The notes below the pieces were generated by a model. That model was not told the origin of the DNA, searched no databases, and saw only the letters and a program-made list of their open reading frames with translations. Source: Trypanosoma brucei (lineage: Eukaryota). Taken from it: DNA of 64,000 nucleotides. Both the position numbers and the translations under genes were made by a program. Shown in pieces: positions 22,336 through 33,667 of the stretch (within the stretch, counting starts at the first letter, position 1; each line of letters opens with the position of its first letter). The DNA is taken from contig CM000208.1 in the NCBI GenBank assembly GCA_000002445.1, positions 800,001-864,000 on the forward strand, in the 5' to 3' direction.

Positions 22336-22728
22336 ATGCGTTACTATCCCACTGGTCTTGACCGTGATTCACACATTTCAGGTGTACGCCCCGGAGGAGG
22401 GGCTCCAGTTTCACACGACGTAAACAAACGAAGGGACAATTTGCCTGATCATGTGTTTGCCTCCATCCGTGAGGAGGTTCTAATGGAGGAGCGAATGCGC
22501 CATGTAAATGCGGAGGCGCGAGCCCGTGCACAGCTAATACAAGCCTCAGGCACACACGGAAAACGTATGGCCGGTGGTTCTGTTGGTGATGATCGCCGCG
22601 AGCTTGAGCGGGTGTCGAGTGCAGAGGCAGTGAATGCTCGCCATCGTGCGCTGTTGGAGTTATATTCACTGGAGATGGAGGGGTGGAAGGAAGAATTGGC
22701 AGAGCGGGGGTTGAGCATAGAGATGTAG
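22336..22728 (+). CDS. Small hypothetical protein (130 aa). Uncertain.
   Basis: ATG-initiated ORF on the transcribed strand between two confident genes. A larger antisense ORF (22181..22747, minus strand) overlaps it. I prefer the + strand only because of the unidirectional context. Confidence 0.3.
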   Translation: MRYYPTGLDRDSHISGVRPGGGAPVSHDVNKRRDNLPDHVFASIREEVLMEERMRHVNAEARARAQLIQASGTHGKRMAGGSVGDDRRELERVSSAEAVNARHRALLELYSLEMEGWKEELAERGLSIEM

Positions 22729-23193
22729 AGTGGAGGGAGCAAGGCATGATTATCCTTTCCTTTGTTTGCTGTTTTCACTGGCCGTGCCGGCGGGGGGTTG
22801 TGTGCCGTTTAGTATGTATATCAGCTGTGCTTCCCTTATGGACTGGCCGCGGCGCGCTGCCACACGTGGGGTGACCCAGCAATCAAAGTCGGCAGCAATT
22901 TGTGTTCTACCCTTTCCAGCTTTTTTTTTTACACACTGGCTTTCCGGTTAGATATTCATTACTTGGGTTTTTCTTTGGGTACCTCTTTTTTTTCCATTCT
23001 TGGAAATATGCTTTTCCTCTCTACACACACCGCTCCCCAAACACTAGTGGTTTATTGTTTGTTACGGGAGAAGGGGAGAAAGTAGAGGCGGGGGGAAGGT
23101 TTTGCACCAAGCACGCAAAAACAACAAGAGAAACAGTAGTGACAGGGCTGGGAAGGAGGAAAAGGGAAGAACAAGTTCTTATTACCTCACTAC

Positions 23194-25365
23194 ATGGATC
23201 TTGCACAGGCAAAGACTATTCTTGATGCACATGACCCCAGGGTTGTTCGTGTGTTCCAGGAGAGCGTACCGGAGCTTGGCTTGCGGCGGCTCGACGCATG
23301 CGTTCTGGAGTACCTTTTGAGGATGCTTGAGGGGCAGATGAACCCAGCATCATACCTCCCGGAAAAGACGATTGAGCAGACGCTCAGACTTTATTTGAAT
23401 GAATTCCAAGTTTGCCCGGATGAAAATGCTGTGGATTCGGCTGTGGTTTCCATATGCAACGCCATGGAGACGAGCGGGCTGGTGCAAAAACCCAAGGAGG
23501 ATTCGAGTCGTCTTGTTAATGCGGTCAGCATCGGTAGGCAATACGAGGAGAACCTGAAAAAGGCGACGATGATACGGACTGTGGGTAGGGCGGCTGTAGT
23601 TAACACAAATGCGGACTGGACTTGGGAGACAAAACGCAATGCAGCAAAGGAGACCCGCAAAAAGCGGAAAGAGGAAGAAAAGAAGTCCATGCTGGCAGAG
23701 GAATATGAGGAGTTCCTCCAAAAACGTGGTATTGCCAGTGCAACCGCCATAGTTAAAATCCATCACAAGAGTGACGGGGTACAGTACACTACGGATATAC
23801 GGTGCGAGAATATCCGTATCCACATGGGCAAGCAGGTGCTTTTGGATAACACGGAGCTCACTATACTTTCAGGTCACAAGTATGGGCTCGTTGGGCGCAA
23901 TGGAACGGGCAAAACAACACTGTTACGTGCGTTGACGGAGCGGGAGATAGAAGGCGTGAGTCCGTTTGTTCAGATTCTTCATGTAGAACAAGAGGTGGTG
24001 GCAGGAGGGGAAACTCCACTCGAAGTTATACTGTCAGCCGACGTGGAGCGCGAGCAATTACTGCGTGAGGAACAGGAACTGCTCAAGCGCAGCGACGACG
24101 AAGCCAACAACCGGTTGAAGGACGTTTATGAGCGGTTGTATGCTATCGAAGCGCATAGTGCGGAAGCACGCGCGTCAGCTATTCTTAGTGGTTTAAGTTT
24201 TACACGCGAAATGATGACCAGTCCAACGAAGAACCTTTCTGGTGGTTGGCGTATGCGTGTGGCATTGGCACGTGCACTGTTTGTGGAACCGGACGTTCTG
24301 CTGCTGGATGAGCCTACAAACCACCTTGATCTCTTTGCCGTTCTATGGCTTGAGCAGTTCTTGAGGGATTGGAAGCACACACTTGTGGTGGTTTCCCATT
24401 CTCGATCCTTCTTAAACAATGTGTGTGGCGAGATCATCCATCTTGATGACAAAAAGTTGCACTACTACACAGGCAATTACGATCAGTTTGAGATTACGCG
24501 TGTAGAGCAGTTGCGGCAGCAGCAGAAACACCACGACGCACAAGAGCGGCAGCGTGCTCACATGCAAAAATTCATCGATCGCTTTCGTTACAACGCTAAG
24601 AAGGCCAAGATGGCCCAATCGCGTATCAAAACACTTGAACGCATGGAAGTTGTGGCTGCCGTGAAATACGACCCGCAGTTTTCTTTTAAGTTTCCAGATC
24701 CAGAGCCCATTTCTGGGTCATATTTACAGTTGGTTGATTGCGAATTCGGTTACAAACCGGGGACAACGCTATTTCGCGACGTTAACATGGGTATCGACGA
24801 AAACTCTCGGATTGGTCTTCTGGGTGCGAATGGTGCAGGTAAGTCAACTTTCATGAACATTTGTTGTGGAAAATTGGAACCGCGCCAGGGCCATGTGGTG
24901 CGCAACCAAAAAATTCGTGTTGCTCATTTTGCACAACACCATCTTGAGGCGCTCACACCCCAGCTTTCTTCTGTTGAGTTCATGCGCTCAAAGTTTCCGC
25001 AAGTGGAAGATCAACAGTTACGTGCCCATTTGGGCTCTCTTGGCCTTTCGGGTGATAAGGCACTTCAACCCATATACACACTTTCTGGTGGGCAGAAATC
25101 ACGTGCCGTACTTGCTTGGATTACCTTCACGCGACCTCATCTATTGTTACTGGATGAGCCGACGAACCACCTCGATATTGACACCCTTGACGCCCTCATC
25201 GAGTCGCTTCTTGATTACAAAGGTGGGTTGGTGGTGATATCGCACGATGAACACTTTATTACATCGGTGTGCGATGAGATGTTTGTGTGTGGTAACGAGA
25301 CAATAAAGAGATTTGATGGAGACTTCTCAGAGTATCGGGATATTGTTATGAAGCAGATGCGCTGA
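23194..25365 (+). CDS. ABC-F family ATPase (GCN20/ABC50-like, two tandem nucleotide-binding domains, no TMD)
   Basis: True ATG. Walker A 'GRNGTGKTT' and 'GANGAGKST' are present. ABC signatures 'LSGGWRMRVALARAL' and 'LSGGQKSRAVLA' are present. Walker B 'LLLDEPTNHLD' occurs twice, with a K/E-rich inter-domain linker. No membrane domain. Confidence 0.85.
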   Translation: MDLAQAKTILDAHDPRVVRVFQESVPELGLRRLDACVLEYLLRMLEGQMNPASYLPEKTIEQTLRLYLNEFQVCPDENAVDSAVVSICNAMETSGLVQKPKEDSSRLVNAVSIGRQYEENLKKATMIRTVGRAAVVNTNADWTWETKRNAAKETRKKRKEEEKKSMLAEEYEEFLQKRGIASATAIVKIHHKSDGVQYTTDIRCENIRIHMGKQVLLDNTELTILSGHKYGLVGRNGTGKTTLLRALTEREIEGVSPFVQILHVEQEVVAGGETPLEVILSADVEREQLLREEQELLKRSDDEANNRLKDVYERLYAIEAHSAEARASAILSGLSFTREMMTSPTKNLSGGWRMRVALARALFVEPDVLLLDEPTNHLDLFAVLWLEQFLRDWKHTLVVVSHSRSFLNNVCGEIIHLDDKKLHYYTGNYDQFEITRVEQLRQQQKHHDAQERQRAHMQKFIDRFRYNAKKAKMAQSRIKTLERMEVVAAVKYDPQFSFKFPDPEPISGSYLQLVDCEFGYKPGTTLFRDVNMGIDENSRIGLLGANGAGKSTFMNICCGKLEPRQGHVVRNQKIRVAHFAQHHLEALTPQLSSVEFMRSKFPQVEDQQLRAHLGSLGLSGDKALQPIYTLSGGQKSRAVLAWITFTRPHLLLLDEPTNHLDIDTLDALIESLLDYKGGLVVISHDEHFITSVCDEMFVCGNETIKRFDGDFSEYRDIVMKQMR

Positions 25366-25517
25366 GAAATGTTTTCTATACGTTAAGCCTTCGATCCAGT
25401 TGATCAAGAGAGCGCTCTCAGTAATACGTATGGGGGAGGACATACGAAAAAAAAAAGATTAAACATAAATCTATCGAGGTTTTTTTTTGTATACGAAGTA
25501 AACCAGCAGGATACCAA

Positions 25518-25635
25518 GTTTTTTTTGTACCCTTCAGTCATTTTTTTTTTGCCTTTGCGTGTTGCTAATGGAAATTACAAGTACGTTATTCTGCTGTTTC
25601 CCTCCACTTTTGAGCTCTGCCGCGCTTTGGTCTAG
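25518..25635 (+). promoter_or_regulatory. Poly-pyrimidine tracts plus AG, serving ABC-F polyadenylation and the downstream zinc-finger gene's trans-splicing
   Basis: T8-T10 runs and 'ctgctgtttccctccacttttgagctctgccgcgctttggtctag' lie upstream of the ATG at 25678. Confidence 0.45.
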
Positions 25636-25677
25636 GTTGTTGTGCCCCCGGGAGTGATAGAAGAAAAAGTGGGGGAA

Positions 25678-27024
25678 ATGACAAAACAGCAGATGTGCCT
25701 CCGAGATTTTTTTCTAAAAGGGAAAAAAGGTATGATTAAAGACGCTTGTAGTGATGTGATTGATCTTCATGTTGCTGTTAAGGGGGACGAGTTGGTTGAT
25801 GCCTTTTCCTCTAAGGAGAAACATGAATTTTTGGACTCAATGCCACCCATGAAGCATTCTACCGATGTCTCTGCGTCATGTTACCTGGACGATAACGTGC
25901 CAGAAAGCTCCAGCAGTAATCACGGGGAGGGTTCCACTTTAGCAAGACCCAGTGGCGTAACCGCTTTCCCCTTTCAGACGAAACATGTTGGTAAATACGG
26001 CGCACTGACAACACGTAGTAGCAAACGCCCTCGTTCAGGGGCTCAGACATGTCTGGATTTTGGTCAAAGTGACATTGGTGGCGTGACCACCTGCAGGATA
26101 TGTGGAATGATTTATAACGCCGTTATGCCTGAAGATATACGTTTGCACAGGAGGTTCTGTCGACCCCAGGCACTCTCCAACAAAAGGCGTAAGGAATTAG
26201 ATGCTGCTGATGGTCATTGTGTGTGGCTTGCTTCAAGAGATGTTATCGTGCAACTCGATAGACTTGCTGGGTCTCAACGACAGAACTTGGCAATGCAGAG
26301 AAGATACCGCGCCGGTGCAGCGCCAGTGTGCCTTAAAGTGCAAGAGTCCACAGCAGATGAGTTCATTTGCTATGTACTTGAGTGCGGTGCACGGGGTTTA
26401 GCACGCAGCGCCGTGGTTTCTCGGTTTGTTGAAGCTCTGCAGTTCGATGACGTCACACTACAGGGTGAATCAGATTATTGCTTGGTCGCTGTTGTGCAAG
26501 TTTATTTGGAGCGACTCGTTTGTGTTGTGGCGGGGAGACCTGTCGCCCGTACACATGAACCTACGCTACTCCCGTACAAGAACCATTGCGAAACAGCACT
26601 TGGAGGGAAGCAGTATTTGGAAACTTCACAGAAGACCCTGTGTGATGTACCGTATATATGGCTACAAAGTGAGTTGGTGCTTGCCACCACATGGAGGGGG
26701 TGCTTGCAACAGCAAATAGCACCCGCAGTAAAATCGCAGCGGGACGTTACGCGAGACTTTTTCAAATGTAGGGGCATGGCAAGCGAGAAGAAGTTTGAGG
26801 ATTTGCAGCAAACTCGTTCTCTTGGCGACGCTGCCTTAAGTCGCGCCCTGTCCACTTTGGGTCGTCATGTAACGTACGGCTGCGCGTTGTGTCCGCGTAG
26901 GCAGTTTTCGTATGACAGTAGCGTAGTTAATGAAAGCGTGTTGCATCGTGTCGCTGGAGTTATGGGATGTGATGATGTTTCCACTTTGTACACCCACACC
27001 GGTGCGTCGTCTCATTTTCAATAA
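25678..27024 (+). CDS. Zinc-finger protein, possibly an ESCO/Eco1-type C2H2-like finger (candidate cohesin acetyltransferase-related), putative
   Basis: Track start 25642 is GTG and the first ATG is 25678, downstream of the poly-Y/AG at 25518-25635. 'TCRICGMIYNAVMPEDIRLHRRFC' matches the C-x2-C-G-M-x-Y...D..LH...C/H pattern of the ESCO zinc finger. The C-terminal region is not clearly assignable. Confidence 0.5.
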   Translation: MTKQQMCLRDFFLKGKKGMIKDACSDVIDLHVAVKGDELVDAFSSKEKHEFLDSMPPMKHSTDVSASCYLDDNVPESSSSNHGEGSTLARPSGVTAFPFQTKHVGKYGALTTRSSKRPRSGAQTCLDFGQSDIGGVTTCRICGMIYNAVMPEDIRLHRRFCRPQALSNKRRKELDAADGHCVWLASRDVIVQLDRLAGSQRQNLAMQRRYRAGAAPVCLKVQESTADEFICYVLECGARGLARSAVVSRFVEALQFDDVTLQGESDYCLVAVVQVYLERLVCVVAGRPVARTHEPTLLPYKNHCETALGGKQYLETSQKTLCDVPYIWLQSELVLATTWRGCLQQQIAPAVKSQRDVTRDFFKCRGMASEKKFEDLQQTRSLGDAALSRALSTLGRHVTYGCALCPRRQFSYDSSVVNESVLHRVAGVMGCDDVSTLYTHTGASSHFQ

Positions 27025-28557
27025 TCAAAGGAACGTACAATTTTCTATAGGGACTGTCCACCAATGTGGCGTTGAGAAATTCCGTCCCATGTCATAGAGA
27101 GTCGCTTTTGTATATTTCACCTTTTATTCTTTTGTTTTTTTTTTTTGAAATTCAATCTAGTTCTCCTTTTTTTTTTCTTGACATTTTGTTGTGCTGCATG
27201 CTTCCTCCTGGTCGTCTGGTGGGGTGGACGTTGTAGCGGTGATACATGGAAGGAGCTCTCTTTCTGGAGGGCCGCAATGTCGTTTTCTTTTTTGTTCCTT
27301 TTAAAAATTTATTTGTCGTTGCTGTGAAGCATGACGGTGTGGAGGAGCAGATGAGGTGTGTTTTGGTTTGGGAAGATGAGAAGGGTCTTTTCAACGTCAT
27401 AACTGCTGATGGTGGCGGGAAATGGTACCGATTAATGGGCCGTGGGCGCATACGCGTTATGTTTCGTGTGGTGGCGACGGTTGCGGGAAGGGATTTCTTT
27501 CCTCCTCTTCTTGTTCATAAATTTAAAAGACCTTCGATTTTCCCTTTCCCCTTATTTTCGTGGGAGCTGCCCCCTTCTTTCTTCCTGCCCACCCGTCCGT
27601 ACTTCGGGCCGCAGCGGTGCGGAGGCGTTTCTTATCCCTTTTATCCTTTTCCTTTTTCTTTTTTGTTTGTTTTGTTTACTGATTTATATTTTAAAGGCGT
27701 TGGGGTATTAGAATACAACAAGGACGCGATGTATCTGCTCCTGCGGTGTTTTCTTCCCCTTTTCAGTTTTGTGCATGTAATTTGTCTTCCCTTCTCTTAT
27801 GGAGGTGGTGGTTGAAGGGAAACAATGTTCGAGAGAAAGGTTAGAAAGTGTGCGAGAATTAAACGAAACTTCTGCAGAGAGAGTTGAGGTTGCATTAGAT
27901 CATTTCTTCACATAATGAAAGGTTAAAGCAAAGGGTAGGGGAAATAATCGAAAGCGTGGATGTACAAGGACATCAAGTATTCAGAGGAGACTTCTCTCAG
28001 AAGTTTACTTTCTATTTACTTTGTCTTCTTTGCTTAAAAAAAAAACTCTTGCTGTAACCTTGCGGTTACGGGAAACTGTTTTTGTTGTTAGCTTCATGGA
28101 CAAATTTTGTTCGTAGGTCTTAAAGGAAGCAACTAAAAAAAAAAAAGAAGCCAACAAAAGGAAGGTAGTTAGGTGTAACAATTTGCTTCATACTGGATTC
28201 TCTCTTGTACTATTCTTCTTTTCTTTTGCTACTTTCCCATCCTTTATTGATAATTAGGCTTCGCTACTTCGAGCAACAGTACTAATAACGTTTTTTTCTC
28301 GTGTTTGCACGTGTACGCGACTTCCGTTATCTCGTCTTGCTCACATTAGCCCGCAAGACAACGGAACCGAGGAATCCGACACAAACACTACCAGGTGATA
28401 AGGTGTACCTTTCCGCGCCGCTGCTACCACAAATTCATTCGTTCTATTGTGGAGGCAACACCTTGTGCTTGTCTGGCTAGATATACACCGCTGATTCTTT
28501 TAGGTCTTAGACAGTTAGTTAGCTCCTTCAGTTGCTTCATCTGTCTGTGGCACCGCA

Positions 28558-29301
28558 ATGTATCAAGACCGTTGCATATTTTTCTCCAAAATGGGGGCCT
28601 GTCGGCATGGGGACGGCTGCACGAAGGTTCATGTCCGGCCAACCACCTCGCCGACAGTTCTTTTTCCCTTCATGTACCCGAACCCCGCGGCTATTGAGCA
28701 CATTCAGGATAGGGAATGGAATTTTCACTTTGAAAGGAAGTATTTGAGGCGGCATTTTGAGCACTTTTACAAGGAGACGTGGCGGACGTTTATGGAACTT
28801 GGACGGATTGCTGAGCTGCGCGTTGTGAGCAACCTCGGAGACCATTTGCTTGGCAACGTTTATATCCGCTTTGAAGATAGTCACGATGCCTCTCGCATCG
28901 TACGGGAACTAAAGGCGAAGAAATTGAACGACATTGTTCTGTTGCCGGAGCTGAGTCCTGTAACAAACTTTGCTGAGGCTTGCTGTAAGGAGGACCTGGA
29001 GGGTAAATGCGAACGCGGACCGCAGTGTAATTACCTGCACATCATGAAGGTGTCTCGGAAATTAATGGAGAAGTTAGAAAAAGAGCAGGCTAAGTTTTGG
29101 AAAAAGAAGGAGAAGCACAGCAGCAGCAGCAGTAGCAGTCGCAAGAGGGAACGCTCAAAAGAACGTGGTGGAGAGCGCTCGAAGGAACGCTCGAAGGAGC
29201 GCGGGAGGGACAGGCAAAAGTCACCTCGGGGGTATTCCAGCGACATGTGCCATATTTGTGGAAAATCTGGTCACATCTCTCGCGAATGCCCCTTAAAATA
29301 A
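28558..29301 (+). CDS. U2AF35: U2 snRNP auxiliary factor small subunit U2AF35
   Basis: True ATG. N-terminal CCCH finger 'CIFFSKMGACRHGDGCTKVH' and central UHM/RRM-like 'GNVYIRFEDSHDASRIV' are present. Second CCCH 'CCKEDLEGKCERGPQCNYLH' is present. An SR/KER-like repeat 'SRKRERSKERGGERSKERSKERGRDR' is present. C-terminal CCHC knuckle 'CHICGKSGHISRECP' is present. Confidence 0.85.
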   Translation: MYQDRCIFFSKMGACRHGDGCTKVHVRPTTSPTVLFPFMYPNPAAIEHIQDREWNFHFERKYLRRHFEHFYKETWRTFMELGRIAELRVVSNLGDHLLGNVYIRFEDSHDASRIVRELKAKKLNDIVLLPELSPVTNFAEACCKEDLEGKCERGPQCNYLHIMKVSRKLMEKLEKEQAKFWKKKEKHSSSSSSSRKRERSKERGGERSKERSKERGRDRQKSPRGYSSDMCHICGKSGHISRECPLK

Positions 29302-29628
29302 GAATAGGAGCAGAAAAGAGAAAATAAACATAAAAAAATATAATATAACAAAGATGTCATTCGGGCTCGCGGCGCGGGTTCTGTTTGAGAATGCCGTATG
29401 GTAATGAACGCGTATTATGTTGTGGAGGGGATAAGGGGGGGGGGTCTTCAATTAATGAAGAAAAAAAAATAAAGAAAAATTGACTAGCGTGAAAGAAGAT
29501 GGGCGACTAAGTGAGCTAAGAACTCTGTGGGTGTAGGGCGGGGGCACCTTGTACTGTTAATGTGTCAGCTGCTATTTGAGAGTTTAAGGGTTAACTTCAC
29601 GCCGTTTCTCTCCCTCTTCAATGCGTCC

Positions 29629-29651
29629 ACACACACACACACACACACACC
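29629..29651. repeat. (AC)n microsatellite
   Basis: 'acacacacacacacacacacacac' in the U2AF35/P5CDH intergenic region. Confidence 0.9.
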
Positions 29652-30607
29652 AACTAGACCAATAGCCCCTCTCTACACTACTTGTGCATGCAAACGCTTC
29701 GAAGAGGGAGGAAAACGGCGTGTGGTTGGGCTTCACCGCGAGAGTTGTGTTGTGAGGTGTGAATTTAGGGAGACATTAAGGGGGGAGGGAAGCTCAAGCA
29801 CTGATGCGTAGGCTGGCGGTTTGGGAAGGAGTGAGCGCTTGGAATGGCCACTGTTTTGTTTTGTACCTCCTTTTCACCATCAGTGGCCTTCTGGTGCCAT
29901 CCAGTCGACGGAGCGCCACCAGACCAATCCAGTGCGTGTTTGTGGAGGGTAATGTTTGAGGACTGGGGAAACTGTGGGAAAATGACGAAAATACCGGAGA
30001 AAGAATAAAGGAGAATATGGAGAAAAGAGGGACATATAAGGTGCCTACATCTCTTTTTCCACGCGGTTGGGTGCGATATGATGATGTGCGTGGTTGTGCG
30101 TAGAGGTTGGCGGAATAATCGAGTGAGTTCCATTCGAAGATAACATTGCCATATGGACATAGTGGTGAGGAGAAGGAGTTAAAAAGGAAAAAAGATAAAT
30201 TTACCACAATCTTCAAATTGTGATGGTGCCCAAGTGCCAAGGCCCCTGTCTATTTGAATACGGTGGTGGTGCATCACCACTTTTCTTTTTTCACTTTTTT
30301 TTTTCGGTTCTTTCTTCGTCGCTGCAACTGTGACTCAGCTTCCTTTATTTTTATCATTATTATTACTGATGTTTAACAGTGCCGATAATTTCGACCTGCC
30401 CGCGTCCGAGCAGCTGTGCAGAAAATCATGTCACTGGTTGGCGCTCGTGGAGAAATACCAACAAAGGTGAAGTTGAGGGATATATGTGTACTTTCCCTCT
30501 GCTTTTGTTTCTCATTCGTTAATTAGTCAAAAGAAACCAATTTCAAGAAGAAAAGCAAACCAACGCCTGCTGAAAAAGAAAAAGAAAGCGGAATATAACA
30601 GACAGAA

Positions 30608-32293
30608 ATGCTTCGCCGTACGTTGCCTTTTGCGTTTGCCTTCGTTAAGTCACCCCCTGCGGTGAATGAGCGAATGGATTCGTTTCAACCGGGTTCGGAC
30701 TCTGCTCGTGGAACGTTGGAAGCGTGTAAGCGCCTGCGTTGTGGTGCTACTGATTGCCCAATAGTTATTGGTGGGAAGGAATACCGCACTGATAACGCCA
30801 TCAACCGCATGATTCCATCTAGTCACCAACAGCAGGTTGCGAAGGGGTATAACGCAACACCGGAGTTGGCACAAAAGGCTATTGACACAGCACTGGGTGC
30901 CGCCAAGGAGTGGAGTCAGATGCCCTTTAAAGATCGGGCGGCAATATTTCTGCACGCGGCACATCTTATCTCGACGAAATATCGTCACGAATTGCGTGCA
31001 GCCACGATGCTCGGGCAGAGCAAGAATCCCTTCCAGGCAGAAATTGATGTGATTGCTGAATCGTGCGACTTCCTTCGATTTTCGGTGAAGTACGCCGAGG
31101 AGTTGTACAATCAGCAGCCGATCTCTCCCGCAAGTGGTCCGGTTTGGAACGCTCTTGATTACCGACCACTTGAGGGGTTCGTATCCGTCATTGCGCCCTT
31201 TAACTTTTCGGCAATTGCAGCGAACCTTGTGGCATGCCCCGCACTAATGGGAAATGTGATCTTATGGAAGCCCTCACCCAATGCTGTGCTTTCAAACTAT
31301 CTTTTGTACAAGGTGTTTGAGGAGGCGGGGCTTCCCGCGGGCGTGGTGAACTTCATGCCATGTGAACCAAAGGTAATGACTGAGGTTGTTAATTCTCATC
31401 CCGAGCTTGCTGGCGTCGCCTTTACTGGCTCCACGAACGTCTTCCTCTCTATCAACAAACAGATCTACTCCCGCTTGGAGGAGTACCGCAACATCCCGCG
31501 CATCAGCGGCGAAACAGGTGGAAAGGACTTTCACCTCATCCACCCGACGGCTGATATGAAAATGACAGCTGCTCTGACGGTGCGCGGCGCGTTTGAGTAT
31601 CAGGGTCAGAAATGTAGCGCCACATCACGGATTTACGTGCCGCAGAGTCGGTGGGAGGAGCTAAAGGGGTACTTGTTGGAACTGCATGGGAAGCTGAAGA
31701 TGGGCCAACCCGATGACTTCCAGAGTTTCATGTGCGCTGTTATCGATGAGACTGCATTCGACCGAAACAAGAAGTACATTGACATTGCCAAGGCGGATTC
31801 CAGTGCCTACACCATCATTGCTGGTGGTGGCTGTGATAAGTCGGAGGGGTGGTTTATTCAACCTACCATTATTGTGGCTAAGGACCCCAACGCACAGCTT
31901 CTGCGTGAGGAGATCTTTGGACCCATACTAACAGTGCATGTGTATGATGACAGCAAGCCAGATTTCTGGTCAGAGGCATGCAACCTTGTAAACAACGCAA
32001 CAAAGTATGCTCTAACCGGCAGCATTTTTGCGCAGGACCGCAAGGCGATACGCGATGCGACGGAAAAACATTTGCGCTACGCTGCTGGCAATTATTATAT
32101 CAACGACAAGTGTACGGGGGCGGTTGTCGGGCAACAGCCATTTGGAGGCGCGCGTGCAAGCGGTTCCAACGACAAACCGGGAAGTGCTCTCTTTTTAACG
32201 CGGTGGGTGTCGGCGCGGACCATAAAGGAGAATTTTGACCACAGTGCCCAAGTTTCTTACCCTCATCAGCTACCCGACTACGTGACTCTGTGA
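30608..32293 (+). CDS. P5CDH: Delta-1-pyrroline-5-carboxylate dehydrogenase (ALDH4 family), mitochondrial proline catabolism
   Basis: True ATG. The ALDH fold carries the P5CDH-specific catalytic region 'EYQGQKCSATSRIYV', general base 'GETGGKDFHLI' and NAD-binding 'FTGSTNVF'. Length (560 aa) and 'FGGARASGSNDKPG' are typical of ALDH4A1 orthologues. Confidence 0.9.
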   Translation: MLRRTLPFAFAFVKSPPAVNERMDSFQPGSDSARGTLEACKRLRCGATDCPIVIGGKEYRTDNAINRMIPSSHQQQVAKGYNATPELAQKAIDTALGAAKEWSQMPFKDRAAIFLHAAHLISTKYRHELRAATMLGQSKNPFQAEIDVIAESCDFLRFSVKYAEELYNQQPISPASGPVWNALDYRPLEGFVSVIAPFNFSAIAANLVACPALMGNVILWKPSPNAVLSNYLLYKVFEEAGLPAGVVNFMPCEPKVMTEVVNSHPELAGVAFTGSTNVFLSINKQIYSRLEEYRNIPRISGETGGKDFHLIHPTADMKMTAALTVRGAFEYQGQKCSATSRIYVPQSRWEELKGYLLELHGKLKMGQPDDFQSFMCAVIDETAFDRNKKYIDIAKADSSAYTIIAGGGCDKSEGWFIQPTIIVAKDPNAQLLREEIFGPILTVHVYDDSKPDFWSEACNLVNNATKYALTGSIFAQDRKAIRDATEKHLRYAAGNYYINDKCTGAVVGQQPFGGARASGSNDKPGSALFLTRWVSARTIKENFDHSAQVSYPHQLPDYVTL

Positions 32294-33667
32294 ACCCGCT
32301 GTCTTTCTTGACATTAAAAAATAGCGGAGGAAGCAGATCAGAGGATTACAACTATCGTGAATAAAGCCCGGAAGGCAATCGTTGCAACACACACACACAC
32401 ACAAGAAAAAAAAACGGATACCGAAGGAAAGTTAAAATTAAGGGATCAACGACATGAACATCAGCCTTGACAAAAGGCATTGAAGTATCGATACGGTGGT
32501 GGTGAAGAAAATGGGAGTGGACACTCGACATGTTAAATGGCGAAAGAGGAACAAGCTAAAAAATGCAAAAAAATACGTCGGCGGGCGAATGGTAAGGAAA
32601 AATGAGAAAAAAAATGTGGATAACATGAGGTGAAAGACGAAAATCAAAATAACAACAGAATAGTGGTGACGCGCCCCTCTCAACATTTAGAGAGTGCGTC
32701 TCGTATTCCTTTTTTTTTCTTTGTTATATATATATATATATATATTATTTTTTTACCCTTTTAGTTTTGTAAGTAACACGTGTGCAGATTCCGCTTTCAT
32801 GTTGTAAAGATGTGGAAGAGGAAAAAGGGAAGGAACTACAGACACAAAATATGTAGAAGTTCAGATTTAAAAAAAAAGGAATTCTCTTGTGCATGTGTGC
32901 GTGTGACGGGATACCGTGGGGATGCGGCCGCTTCCTTATATTCCCCGTTACATTGTTGTTATCGATAAAATTTCCCCATGTTTGGCGTCTTAAATTATCT
33001 TTGTGTTGGTTTAATTACCATTATTGTTACCACTATTTATTTGGTTATTATTTTTTTTCCACGCAAATTGGGTCAATCGGTGTTCCATAAACAATGCAAA
33101 AAATCCGTCACGTGAGGGGCGCTAAAGGGTGAAGCGGGAATGGGAGGGGAGGGGAGAGCGACACAAAATGACGGTTTGTTTGATTGTAGACAGTTGTTTT
33201 TAGTGTTGTGTGTGAATAAAAAAAGAAGGAGGGCAATCGAAATTTAACATAAGAATAATGATAGTAGTGCAAACAATATATATATATATATATATATATA
33301 AAGTGATTTGTCGTGCGCCCTGAGGGGACATGCCATGTGTACTCTTCCATTTTTTCCTCTTTTCCCTTTGGTCATTATTTTCTTTTTTTTTTGTTTTCTT
33401 GTATTCCTGCTTTTAAGACACATCCACTCACTCTGATACAGACATATCGTACGGCAGTGACTAACAAGGGCAGTCTATTGAGTCGTGGAGTTTCTCGCAC
33501 CAGAGCAGTGCGCGCATTTTTCGGCGCAAGCCTCGTGCGGATTGCATAGCGAGATATCGTGTGGTTGAACGAAACAGCAGTCAGACACACGCACGCACGT
33601 ACGCACTCATACAATTTTATATACCTTTATTCGTCATCTCCATTCACGTTTATAAACCGCAACACTC

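Noticed and set aside
27246-27815. 189-aa + ORF, plus similar F/L/S-rich ORFs at 34970..35553, 37860..38250 and 42687..43378
   Set aside because: Extreme low-complexity poly-pyrimidine translation in intergenic/UTR DNA, with no domain. These are typical UTR artefacts.
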